The notes under the pieces were generated by a model. It searched no databases. It saw nothing but the letters and a program-made list of their open reading frames with translations, and was not told where the DNA came from. Below are positions 7,595 to 15,115 of a stretch of 41,150 bases of DNA, one piece after another. The position numbers were made by a program, and so were the translations under genes. The stretch covers positions 1-41,150 of the forward strand of contig CAYNMQ010000001.1 of NCBI GenBank assembly GCA_964398245.1, written 5' to 3'. Numbering within the stretch: position 1 is the first letter of the stretch; the number at the start of each line of letters is the position of its first letter. The DNA is from an uncultured Spirochaetales bacterium. Lineage in GTDB: Bacteria > UBP6 > UBA1177 > JAKLFG01.

Positions 7595-8320
7595 CTAATT
7601 GGTCCTCGTGAATTCGGCGCGGCGGTTCTTCGACCACGCCTCCTCGTTATGACCGGGCGCGACCGGCCGCTCTTCCCCGTAGGAGACGATGCGAAGCCGT
7701 TTGGCGTCTATGCCGCGCTTGAGCAGTTCGTCGTGAACCGCCTGCGCGCGCCGTTCGCCGAGCGAGAGGTTGTAGTCCACGCTCCCGCGCTCGTCGGCGT
7801 GACCCTCGATGCGTATCGCCGCCTCGGGGAAGTTCGTCATCCACTCGGCCATGGTCTTCACGAGCGGCAGATCCTCGAGTCGTATCGTCGCCTCGTTGAA
7901 TTCGAAGTGTATCACCGGGAAGCGCATGTTCGGGTCCTTCGGATCGTAGGTGATCGTCTCTTCGGTGAAGCCCGCGCTTTCCGTACCGGCGGTTCTTTCT
8001 TCCTTTTTCTTCGCTTGCGGGTTGCACTCGTCGGGGTGGGTGCGGACATACTCGGCGATCTCGTCGGCCTTCTTCTTGGCGGCGAGGAAGAGATCCTTCG
8101 CCTTGTCGTACTGCTTGGCGTTGACCGCCTCGCGCGCCTTGTTGAGCAGTTCCTCGGCGGCGAGGTAGTTCTCGCGGTCGCAGTCCTTTCCCGAGAGGGC
8201 GTCGCGGAAGGCCTTCTCGGCGAGCATCCGCTCCTCTTCGGGCGGCTTCATGCGGCATGCGGGAGTAGCGAGGATCGCCGCGAGGAGCGTGAGGGATATG
8301 ATGAGCGTCGTGTTCTTCAT
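7595..8320 (-). CDS. pal: Peptidoglycan-associated lipoprotein Pal (OmpA-family C-terminal domain) with a helical N-terminal extension
   Basis: The signal and lipobox are MKNTTLIISLTLLAAILATPAC. The C-terminus reads FEFNEATI...IRIEGHADERGSVDYNLSLGERRAQAV...L...G....RL.IVSYGEERP...GHNEEAWSKNRRAEF. The gene lies immediately downstream of tolB. Confidence 0.9.
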   Translation of the reverse strand: MKNTTLIISLTLLAAILATPACRMKPPEEERMLAEKAFRDALSGKDCDRENYLAAEELLNKAREAVNAKQYDKAKDLFLAAKKKADEIAEYVRTHPDECNPQAKKKEERTAGTESAGFTEETITYDPKDPNMRFPVIHFEFNEATIRLEDLPLVKTMAEWMTNFPEAAIRIEGHADERGSVDYNLSLGERRAQAVHDELLKRGIDAKRLRIVSYGEERPVAPGHNEEAWSKNRRAEFTRTN

Positions 8321-8332
8321 GGCGGTCCCTCC

Positions 8333-9652
8333 TTATTGTACCAAGGTTACTTCGGGCGACCATGCCGGCGTGATCGCTTCGCCGGGACCGCTGTAGATCT
8401 GCGTCTGCCGGTCGCCGGAGAGGTTGGTCACCCACAGGGCGTTCTTCCCGGCGCGGTCCGATGAGAAGAGAATGAGTTTGCCGTCGGGCGAGAAACAGGG
8501 GTTCTCGTTCTTGCCCTGCTTCTGGGTGATGCGGCTGATGGTGCGCGTCTGAAGGTCGAAGAGGAACAGGTCGAACATGTAGAACTCGTCACGGCCGGTG
8601 AAGACGATATAGCGTCCGTCGGGGCTGTAGTCGGGGTCCTGATTGTAGCGTCCCTGATCGGTGAGCCGCTCGACGCGTCCCGGGTCGTCAACGAAGAGCC
8701 GGTAGATGTGCGGATCGCCGGAGCGGTTCGAGACGAACGCGATCGCCTTGCCGTCGGGGCTGAAGCTCGGCGCGGTGTCTATCGCGAGGTTGCTCGTGAG
8801 CCGCGTGAGCGCCTTCGTCGCGAGGTTCATGAGGTAGATCTCGGCGTTGCCGTCCTTCGAGAGCCGCAGCGCGATGCTCTTGCCGTCGGGCGAGGCGGAG
8901 GCGGAGGTGTTGAGCCCCGGATGATCGGAGACGAGCGTCGCCTTCTGCGTCTTGAGGTCGTAGGCGTAGAGGTAGGGCTCGCCGGTCGTGTAGGCGGTGT
9001 AGAAGATGCGTCCGCCGTCGGCCGACCAACTGGGAAGCGTGATGATCTTGTCGCTCGTGACGACCGCCTTCGCGTTCGCGCCGTCGAAGTCGGCGACCAT
9101 GAGCTTGTAGGTCTTGCCCTCCTTCTCGACGAAGGCGATGCGGCTCGAGAGGAACTTGAGCTTCTCGCCGGTGAGCGCATAGACGAGGTCGCGCACGAAG
9201 CTGTGCATCGCGGCGCGCATCCCCGCCGGCCCCGCCTTGTATTTCTTGTGCAGGAGCTTCTTGCCGTCGGCGACGGTGAAGGCCTGCGCGTCCATCTCGA
9301 CCGGATCGGCGCCGGTGAGCGCCACCTTCACGAGCCCCTTGGCGCCGACCTGCAGCCAGTTCTTGAAGTTGACCTTCTCGGCCGGCACTTCGGGTCCCTC
9401 GATGAACGACTTCTCGTCGAGCACATCGAAGTAGCCGGTGAGCGCAAGGTCGCGGCGCAGGACGCCGGTGAGCGTCTGCGCGAGATCGTTCTTGGCGTCG
9501 CCGCCGAGTGTGGCCGCCGGCACCGCGATCGCATAGGCGACGAGCGCCCCGTCGCGCACCTCGCCCTTGAGTTGGGCATGCGCCGGAAGGCTCGAAAGAA
9601 GCGCGAGGCCGAGAACGACAGCGGTCAGAGCGTGCTTGAGGTGAATTGCCAT
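8333..9652 (-). CDS. tolB: Tol-Pal system beta-propeller protein TolB (439 aa)
   Basis: The signal peptide is MAIHLKHALTAVVLGLALLSSLPAHA. The protein has repeated SPDG..IAF / SPDGK blades (WSADGGRIFY, SPDGKSIAL, SPDGKAIAFVSNRSG.PHIY, SPDGRYIVF, SPDGKLILFSSDR). It sits between tolA and pal. Confidence 0.92.
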   Translation of the reverse strand: MAIHLKHALTAVVLGLALLSSLPAHAQLKGEVRDGALVAYAIAVPAATLGGDAKNDLAQTLTGVLRRDLALTGYFDVLDEKSFIEGPEVPAEKVNFKNWLQVGAKGLVKVALTGADPVEMDAQAFTVADGKKLLHKKYKAGPAGMRAAMHSFVRDLVYALTGEKLKFLSSRIAFVEKEGKTYKLMVADFDGANAKAVVTSDKIITLPSWSADGGRIFYTAYTTGEPYLYAYDLKTQKATLVSDHPGLNTSASASPDGKSIALRLSKDGNAEIYLMNLATKALTRLTSNLAIDTAPSFSPDGKAIAFVSNRSGDPHIYRLFVDDPGRVERLTDQGRYNQDPDYSPDGRYIVFTGRDEFYMFDLFLFDLQTRTISRITQKQGKNENPCFSPDGKLILFSSDRAGKNALWVTNLSGDRQTQIYSGPGEAITPAWSPEVTLVQ

Positions 9653-10419
9653 TGCAGTCCCTCCGTGAGGACATATTTCTTCAGTTTCTTGTCGTCGGGA
9701 AGCGGTATCGTCGTGGTCAGTTTCACCGCTTCGAGCACCGAGGTGTCGAAGTGGCGGTTCCCCGAGGGCGTCACGATGCGCAGGTCGTAGATCTCCCCTT
9801 CCGGCGTTATGCGGAAGAACAGCTCCGCCTTGAGCGTGGGAAGTTCCTCGGGCGTGATGAGCGAGGGTATCCGCCAGTTGCGCCGGATGAGCGCCGAGAC
9901 CTGCCGGATGTAGAGGTTGCCCTTCATCGCAAGCGCCGGGTCGGTCACATCGCCGCCGGGGACGCCGTCGGGCGAGCCTTCTTTGGAGACCTCGGCGCGG
10001 GCATCCTTCTTGATGTCGTCGAGCGCGCTGCCGAGCAGCGAGTCGAGGCTCGCCGGTTTCTTCGGTTCCTCCGTCCTTTTCTCGGGCTCTTTTTTCTGCA
10101 GGTCTTTCTTCTCCTGCTTCGGTTTTTCCTTTTCCTTCTCGGTCAGGGTGTTCGCGGGGCCCTTCACCGGCGCCGGCGCCGTCTGCTCCTTGACGATGCG
10201 CGGCAGAAGCTTCTTGTCCCGCGGCTTCTCGCCGAAGCGCACGAGGCGCGCCTCGACCGCCTCGAACTCTATCTTCGGGGCGAGGTCGAGCATCGAGCCG
10301 GCGATGACGATGGAGGCGACCGCCGCGATGTGGAGCGCGACCGACGCGATGGTGAACCGTTTGAGGTTCCGCTGCTCCTCGGCGAACACCTGCGGCGCGA
10401 AAAGGTAGGCGCGGCTCAT
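9625..10419 (-). CDS. tolA: TolA-like protein (N-terminal TM, Lys/Glu/Pro-rich linker, TonB/TolA C-terminal domain), 264 aa
   Basis: The real start is MSRAYLF at 10419, an ATGA overlap with the tolR stop. The preceding 143 aa of track ORF 9625..10848 are an Arg/His-rich out-of-context read-through. The TM helix is FTIASVALHIAAVASIVIAG, followed by the linker KEKEKPKQEKKDLQKKEPEKRTEEPKKP. The C-terminus has YIRQVSALIRRNWRIP...AELFFRITPEGEIYDLRIV.PSGN..FD.SVLEAV. Confidence 0.8.
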   Translation of the reverse strand: MSRAYLFAPQVFAEEQRNLKRFTIASVALHIAAVASIVIAGSMLDLAPKIEFEAVEARLVRFGEKPRDKKLLPRIVKEQTAPAPVKGPANTLTEKEKEKPKQEKKDLQKKEPEKRTEEPKKPASLDSLLGSALDDIKKDARAEVSKEGSPDGVPGGDVTDPALAMKGNLYIRQVSALIRRNWRIPSLITPEELPTLKAELFFRITPEGEIYDLRIVTPSGNRHFDTSVLEAVKLTTTIPLPDDKKLKKYVLTEGLQWQFTSSTL

Positions 10420-10841
10420 GTCTCCTCTTCCTCGAGCGGGTCGGTGACGAGGTAGATCTTCGGGACGCCCGCCTTCTTGACGATCGCCATGACGCGGACG
10501 ACGAAGCCGTAGGAAAGCCGCCGGCTCGCGTACAGGTAGAGTTCCTTGTCCTGTTGCAGTTTCGCGTTGGTCTTGAGTTTCGTCTCGAGCTCCTTGAGGG
10601 GGATCTCGGCCTTCTCGATGAATATCTTCTCGTTCTTGAAGACGCGGAGGATGAACTTGTCCTTCGGGTCCTCGATGGGTATCGTCTCGGTCTGCGGCAG
10701 GTCGAGGTCGACCCCCTGCTCGATCATCGGCGCCGCCACCATGAAGATGATGAGGAGCACGAGCATGATGTCCACCATCGGCGTGATGTTTATCTCGGCG
10801 AGGGGGCGCCGCTTCTTGCCGTTCCCGCTGGTGAACGCCAT
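10416..10841 (-). CDS. tolR: Biopolymer transport protein TolR/ExbD family (141 aa)
   Basis: The N-terminus is MAFTSGNGKKRRPLAEINITPMVDIMLVLLIIFMV, the ExbD/TolR signature (INVTP.VDV.LVLLIIFM). The start at 10841 overlaps the tolQ stop. Confidence 0.9.
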   Translation of the reverse strand: MAFTSGNGKKRRPLAEINITPMVDIMLVLLIIFMVAAPMIEQGVDLDLPQTETIPIEDPKDKFILRVFKNEKIFIEKAEIPLKELETKLKTNAKLQQDKELYLYASRRLSYGFVVRVMAIVKKAGVPKIYLVTDPLEEEET

Positions 10842-11569
10842 CAGACAAGGCTCCGTTTTATCGAGTTGAGGAAATCGCTCGTGATGTTCGCCGCCTCGCC
10901 TTCGAGCTTCTGAAGGTTGCTCGTGAAGTAGTTGTAGAATATCGCGGCCGGTATCGCCGCCGCGAGACCGAAGGCGGTCGCGATGAGCGCCTCCGAGATC
11001 GCCGGCGCGATGGTCCCGAGCGTCGCGTTGCCGGTCTTGCCGATGACATGGAAGGCGTCCATGATGCCCCACACGGTGCCGAACAGACCGATGAAGGGCG
11101 CCGAGGAGGCGGTCGTGGCGAGCAGCGTGAGCGAGTTCTCGAGCAGTTGGTTGCGCGTCTGCGATTCGCGCTTCATCGCCCGCTCGATGTTGGCCACGAG
11201 CTCGTCAACCTTCGATCCGATGACATGGATGCCCTTCGCCTCCCACGAGCGCTTCGTCTCGAAGAACTCGGTGTAGCCGGAGCGGAACACCGTCGCGATG
11301 GGCGAATCCTGCATCTTCTCGCTCTTGCGGTACACCTCCTGAAAGTCGCTGTTCTTCCAGAAAAGATCGATGAACTGCTCGGTCGCGATGACCGCCTTGC
11401 GGTGCTGGATGAACTTGAAGAGGATGACGCCCCAGCAGAGGACCGAGAGGAGGACGAGGAATCCGAGGACGAGGTTGACCACGAGCGACGAGTTGCGGAC
11501 CACCTCGACGATCGAGATGCCGGTCGTCGCCGCCGAGAAGGCTTCCGTCAAAAAGGGGATCGGATGCAT
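10841..11569 (-). CDS. tolQ: MotA/TolQ/ExbB proton channel protein TolQ (242 aa)
   Basis: The protein has three TM segments and the motif LATTASSAPFIGLFGTVWGIMDAF....G......IAPAISEALIATAFGL..AIPA. It is the first gene of the tol cluster. Confidence 0.92.
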   Translation of the reverse strand: MHPIPFLTEAFSAATTGISIVEVVRNSSLVVNLVLGFLVLLSVLCWGVILFKFIQHRKAVIATEQFIDLFWKNSDFQEVYRKSEKMQDSPIATVFRSGYTEFFETKRSWEAKGIHVIGSKVDELVANIERAMKRESQTRNQLLENSLTLLATTASSAPFIGLFGTVWGIMDAFHVIGKTGNATLGTIAPAISEALIATAFGLAAAIPAAIFYNYFTSNLQKLEGEAANITSDFLNSIKRSLV

Positions 11570-11673
11570 GATGGTGCTCCGTTATGGTTACGCATCAACG
11601 GATAGCACTATAATAAACGGGAAAGCGAGTCAACCTTATTCCGTGAAATTCGAACGAAAATCGTACAGAGAGA

Positions 11674-11910
11674 CTATTTTCCGTCGGGGAATATCTGGTC
11701 GGAACCTTCGGTGGTGATGCCGAGCGCGTCGAGTATCTTCCGTTTGGTCGCCATGCGGCAGGGGTACCCTTTCTCGATGCGGTCGAGCGTGACGAGCGTG
11801 ATGCCCGCCTTGCGCGCGAGTTCGCTCTTGCTGATGAGGTTGTTCTCGCGGTATTCCTTGAGTTTGCTCTTCTGCTCGGTCTTCGTCTCGGGCGTCGTCT
11901 TCGTCGTCAT
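11674..11910 (-). CDS. XRE-family helix-turn-helix transcriptional regulator (78 aa)
   Basis: The segment LKEYRENNLISKSELARKAGITLVTLDRIEKG is a classic HTH_3 pattern (S..ELA...G.s...i..iE.G). Confidence 0.8.
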   Translation of the reverse strand: MTTKTTPETKTEQKSKLKEYRENNLISKSELARKAGITLVTLDRIEKGYPCRMATKRKILDALGITTEGSDQIFPDGK

Positions 11911-11939
11911 GACCCGGTTCCTTTCGTCACTCTGGTTTC

Positions 11940-11968
11940 ACTGTAGTCGCTGAAGAACGGGTTGTCAA
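11940..11968 (-). promoter_or_regulatory. Sigma70-like promoter for the XRE gene (TTGACA-17 nt-TACAGT on the minus strand)
   Basis: On the plus strand, tgtcaa lies at 11963-11968 and actgta at 11940-11945, separated by an exact 17-nt spacer. An AAGGAA SD-like element precedes the ATG at 11910. Confidence 0.45.
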
Positions 11969-11984
11969 GAGCGTGGATTCCTGC

Positions 11985-12013
11985 TTGACATTCGTCTATT
12001 ATTCGTCTATTAT
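11985..12013 (+). promoter_or_regulatory. Near-consensus sigma70 promoter for fic (TTGACA-17 nt-TATTAT) ending 6 nt before the ATG, which predicts a leaderless mRNA
   Basis: ttgaca lies at 11985-11990 and tattat at 12008-12013. The six bases tcgtcc follow, then the ATG at 12020. There is no SD. Confidence 0.5.
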
Positions 12014-12019
12014 TCGTCC
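11990..12019 (+). repeat. Tandem 11-bp direct repeats (attcgtctatt x2 plus a partial attcgtcc) covering the fic promoter spacer and -10 element; candidate operator
   Basis: Unit 1 is at 11990-12000 and unit 2 at 12001-12011; the two are identical. A partial unit 3 is at 12012-12019. The 11-bp period equals one helical turn. Confidence 0.7.
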
Positions 12020-13042
12020 ATGTTCGCGCCGCGCTACGAGATCACGCCGGTTCTCCTTTCGCACATCAAGGAGATCGCGCGCCTTACCGCCGAGATGAAC
12101 CTGCGCCGCTTCCCGCGCACGATCCTCGCCGAGTTCGAACGGAGCGCGCGGGTGCTGTCGGCCTACGCTTCGACCAGCATCGAGGGCAATCCGCTGCCGC
12201 TCACCGAGGTGAAGAAACTTCTCAAGAGCGCTCCCGCCCATCTGCGCGACAGCGAGCGGGAGGTGCTCAACTACAACGATGCGCTCCTTGCCCTGCGCGA
12301 AAAGAGGGGGAACGCGCCGTTCAATAGCGCGCTCATCCTCGATATCCACCGCCGCGTGATGAGGGGACTGCTCGACCGGTGGCGCATCGGGAAGTTTCGC
12401 AAGGAGCCGGTGGCGGTCCACGACCCGGCGCGGCGCACCGTCGTTTATCTGCCGCCCGACCACGACGATGTCCCCGCGCTCATGGAGGCGCTCGTCGCAT
12501 GGGTGAACCGGTCGCGCCGCGAACTCGATCCGGTCATCGTCGCCGGGATATTTCATCGGCAGTTCGTCATCGTTCACCCTTTCGTGGACGGCAACGGCCG
12601 CACCGCACGGCTCGCAACGAAGTTCCTGCTCGCCGACATGGGGATAGACACCTTCGAACTCTTCAGTTTCGAGAACTACTATAACCGGCAGGTATCGCGC
12701 TACTTTGCGGCGATCGGATTGCGCGGCAACTACTACGAGATTGCCGATGCGATCGACTTCACCGCGTGGCTCGAATACTTCGCCGGCGGCATCGTTGATG
12801 AACTTCAGCGGGTGAAGAAAGAACTGGAGAAGCATCTCGACAGCATTTCCGAACTGACGGAGGCCGAGAAGGTCATCCTCGCCTACATCGAGGAGCACGG
12901 TTCGATAACCGATCGTGAGTATGCGACCTTGACCGACCGGGCGAAGGCGACGCGGGCGCTCGATTTCAAGCGGTTGACGGGGAAGGGGCTCATCGTGCGG
13001 CGGGGAGGGGGGCGGAGCACGAAGTATGTGGCGGCACGGTGA
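12020..13042 (+). CDS. Fic-family protein (AMPylase-type), class II with an in-cis inhibitory motif and a C-terminal winged-helix-like domain (340 aa)
   Basis: The Fic motif HPFVDGNGRTAR lies at aa 186-197. The N-terminal S51-T-S-I-E55-G56 matches the (S/T)xxxE(G/N) inhibitory helix motif. The C-terminus LTEAEKVILAYIEEHGSITDREYATLT resembles a wHTH domain. Confidence 0.9.
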   Translation: MFAPRYEITPVLLSHIKEIARLTAEMNLRRFPRTILAEFERSARVLSAYASTSIEGNPLPLTEVKKLLKSAPAHLRDSEREVLNYNDALLALREKRGNAPFNSALILDIHRRVMRGLLDRWRIGKFRKEPVAVHDPARRTVVYLPPDHDDVPALMEALVAWVNRSRRELDPVIVAGIFHRQFVIVHPFVDGNGRTARLATKFLLADMGIDTFELFSFENYYNRQVSRYFAAIGLRGNYYEIADAIDFTAWLEYFAGGIVDELQRVKKELEKHLDSISELTEAEKVILAYIEEHGSITDREYATLTDRAKATRALDFKRLTGKGLIVRRGGGRSTKYVAAR

Positions 13043-13212
13043 GCGATGCGCACAACGAAACTGTAAAATGGAGGAGTGACTCCACTCTTCCCCATCATCA
13101 GGTTTCAACAAAGCCGTGGCTGTTCAATGTGTTGTATATGCAATTAATCAATCGGTGTCGGCAGTAATTGGAGTTAGATCTGTCCCTCTTTCCTCTAGTG
13201 TGGAGCAAAAAA

Positions 13213-14709
13213 CTATCGTTCTATGTTTCTTGTTCCGCAACATTCAGGGTATCTTGAACACCCGTAGAATTGACTACCAATATTGGGGCCTCTCTTGGCA
13301 GTACGCAGTATCATAATACTGTTGCACAGCGGACACCGAACCTGTTCATTGTTTCTTATTTTTTTCTCAATCTTGCTTTTGGGTACCTTCTCGATTTTTT
13401 TGTAGCGTGCCGTGCGATACTCTTCCTGTCCGAAAAATCGCTCGTCGTACGCTCCCTTGTTTCGAGTTATTTTGAACTGCGAAGCGAGAGCAACACAGGT
13501 TTCTTCCGTTAATTTTTGCTCAACCTCGTAAATTTCCTTACAAATAGAACACCCTGCCACGACAACATTTTTCTGTTCATTAAGGATTATATAATCAATC
13601 TTCTTTCCACAAGTTGTACAGGCTATGCCATAGTATTCTATTACTTCTTTTATTTCTTCCAATCTCACAAGAAGTTTTCGCCGAACATGCGCGCGTACTA
13701 CGCTATTCCCCCGGTAGTGCGCCCTAACCATTGAGAAAAAGGTGTTCTCTATATCTCCCCATATTCTTTCGTGACCTCCTTGGGGCTGAAGCCCATGGTG
13801 ATACTCGCAAAGTGTTATCAGGTTTTCAATTTGATGTCCGCCCCCATCCGAAAGAGCCTTGATATGGTGTATATGAAGCGCAAGACGATTGGGGCATCCA
13901 CTGATCTGACAACGATTTCGGTCCCTTTCCAAAACACGACCACGAAGAAAATCCCAATAAGGAGGGTATCCGGGCCAGTAGTCAAAGACAGCAATGATTT
14001 TTTTGTCCTTTGCCGTTAACTCGGCACCGACTTCAAGAAATCCTTTGAGTTCAGGTATGGGAGGATCCTTTTTTCGTAGCGGTTCAGGATTGGATTGTTG
14101 CCACTCTTTCATCTTGGTTGCAGCTGCTTTTTCAATTTGATCCACATTCTTGGAGAAGATCGTTATCATGAGGTATGAAAATACAGCACCGATGCCGCAC
14201 CAGATGGCTCCCTCAATTGAAGTTCCCAACAGGGAGATTGTGCCAACACCACAGGCTAGACATAAGAAAGAAAAAAGGCTCTTGGCTGTTTTCTGTGGTT
14301 CCGCCTCCTCCGCTTCCTGCTCTCTCACCTTTTTCTGATATTCCTCTTGCCGTGTTGACCACACCCTAAATTCTTCCTCATATTTTAACCTTATAGCCTC
14401 TTTTGTTTTGAGATAGTTTTCGTAGCGTGACTGATATATTTCGGGATACTTTATCGTCTGTAGTTCTTTAAAACAGATTCCACAAACGAATGTTCCATTG
14501 CTAAGGCGTAAAGATTCATGCGAAGGTTTTTGTCGTGAGCAGCATATACACTTGATTTCAGGAGGGATATCAAATGACCGTTGAAGTTGAAATGTGATAT
14601 TCTTTTCTATCAGAGAGCGAACATCTATCTTTTCAATGTATGTCGAATAACTAAACCCCGACATATCAACTCGGGGTGGTGAAGTGTTTGTTGTTTGCAG
14701 CAAGGACAT
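13213..14709 (-). CDS. Membrane-anchored HNH endonuclease with three zinc-ribbon modules, including a C-terminal topoisomerase-type zinc ribbon (498 aa)
   Basis: The HNH core is CQISGCPNRLALHIHHIKALSDGGGHQIENLITLCEYHH (aa 267-305). There are CxxC..CxxC ribbons at aa 54-79 and aa 364-390. The C-terminal CPLCNSIMILRTAKRGPNIGSQFYGCSRYPEC (aa 459-490) matches the topoisomerase I zinc-ribbon pattern. Two hydrophobic helices lie at aa ~144-186 (SLFSFLCLACGVGTISLLGTS, AIWCGIGAVFSYLMITIF). It is the only long ORF in the islet. Confidence 0.8.
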   Translation of the reverse strand: MSLLQTTNTSPPRVDMSGFSYSTYIEKIDVRSLIEKNITFQLQRSFDIPPEIKCICCSRQKPSHESLRLSNGTFVCGICFKELQTIKYPEIYQSRYENYLKTKEAIRLKYEEEFRVWSTRQEEYQKKVREQEAEEAEPQKTAKSLFSFLCLACGVGTISLLGTSIEGAIWCGIGAVFSYLMITIFSKNVDQIEKAAATKMKEWQQSNPEPLRKKDPPIPELKGFLEVGAELTAKDKKIIAVFDYWPGYPPYWDFLRGRVLERDRNRCQISGCPNRLALHIHHIKALSDGGGHQIENLITLCEYHHGLQPQGGHERIWGDIENTFFSMVRAHYRGNSVVRAHVRRKLLVRLEEIKEVIEYYGIACTTCGKKIDYIILNEQKNVVVAGCSICKEIYEVEQKLTEETCVALASQFKITRNKGAYDERFFGQEEYRTARYKKIEKVPKSKIEKKIRNNEQVRCPLCNSIMILRTAKRGPNIGSQFYGCSRYPECCGTRNIER

Positions 14710-14887
14710 CGCAATTTTTTAGGTGCAATAGTAGCAGAGGTCAGGATGTCTTGTATAGTTCTGCAGTCCTGCACGGTCCGCACACCCCTGCAAATTTAAC
14801 TCCCTATCTTCCACTCTTCCTCGCATTCCGCTCCCTCAGCGAAAATCCGATCGCGTCACTCCATACTACCCTCTCGATCACGACGAG

Positions 14888-14902
14888 GCAAGAAATTCTT
14901 GC
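14888..14902. promoter_or_regulatory. Perfect 7+1+7 palindrome GCAAGAA-A-TTCTTGC about 180 nt upstream of the HNH gene start; possible operator
   Basis: The sequence gcaagaaattcttgc at 14888-14902 is its own reverse complement around the central A. Confidence 0.3.
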
Positions 14903-15030
14903 GTTCTCCGAGTTCAAACAAAAGGGGAAATATGATATTGAAAATAAAGATGCTGGCAATCGATTTTTTGCTAGTACCCCCTGAAGCGGAGAATTTTTTA
15001 ACCACATGTAATCGTTTGATGTTTCTGCTA

Positions 15031-15069
15031 TCCTTGAAAAATCAACACAAGACTTCGAATTTTCAAGGA
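15031..15069 (-). terminator. Hairpin with a 10-bp stem (TCCTTGAAAA ... TTTTCAAGGA) and a 19-nt loop, 47 nt downstream of the reductase stop; possible terminator or islet boundary element
   Basis: The arms are at 15031-15040 and 15060-15069 and are perfectly complementary. No clear U-tract follows on the minus strand, so a terminator function is uncertain. Confidence 0.3.
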
Positions 15070-15115
15070 TTGTCAATAATCAAAGAGATTACAACAAGTT
15101 GGCGCTATGAAAATT

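Larger units (their letters stand above)
13050..15110. other. Low-GC genomic islet of about 2 kb, probably horizontally acquired. It carries one gene and has no recognisable mobility gene.
   Basis: Hand counts of G+C give 23/60 at 13321-13380 and 21/60 at 14401-14460, against 36/60 at 12301-12360 in the flanking fic gene. Codons inside the islet are A/T-ending, unlike every other gene in the window. The composition switches at about 13050-13110 and about 15100-15116. Confidence 0.8.

Noticed and set aside
9625-10848. 407-aa version of the TolA ORF with an N-terminal Arg/His/Asp-rich 143 aa
   Set aside because: The upstream extension overlaps tolR in another frame. The internal Met at 10419 gives a canonical TM-linker-TonB_C protein and forms an ATGA junction with the tolR stop.
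11607-11633. Possible tolQ promoter (minus strand TTGACT ... TATAGT/TATTAT)
   Set aside because: The spacer is only 15 nt for TATAGT or 12 nt for TATTAT, so it is too uncertain to list. The tol genes may also be co-transcribed from the XRE promoter.
13139-15087. Possible att-like direct repeats flanking the low-GC islet (gcaattaatcaatcgg at about 13139-13154 versus gtcaataatcaaagag at about 15072-15087)
   Set aside because: The only shared core is about 9 nt and interrupted (CAAT-AATCAA), in A/T-rich DNA, which is easily explained by chance. No integrase supports a site-specific insertion.
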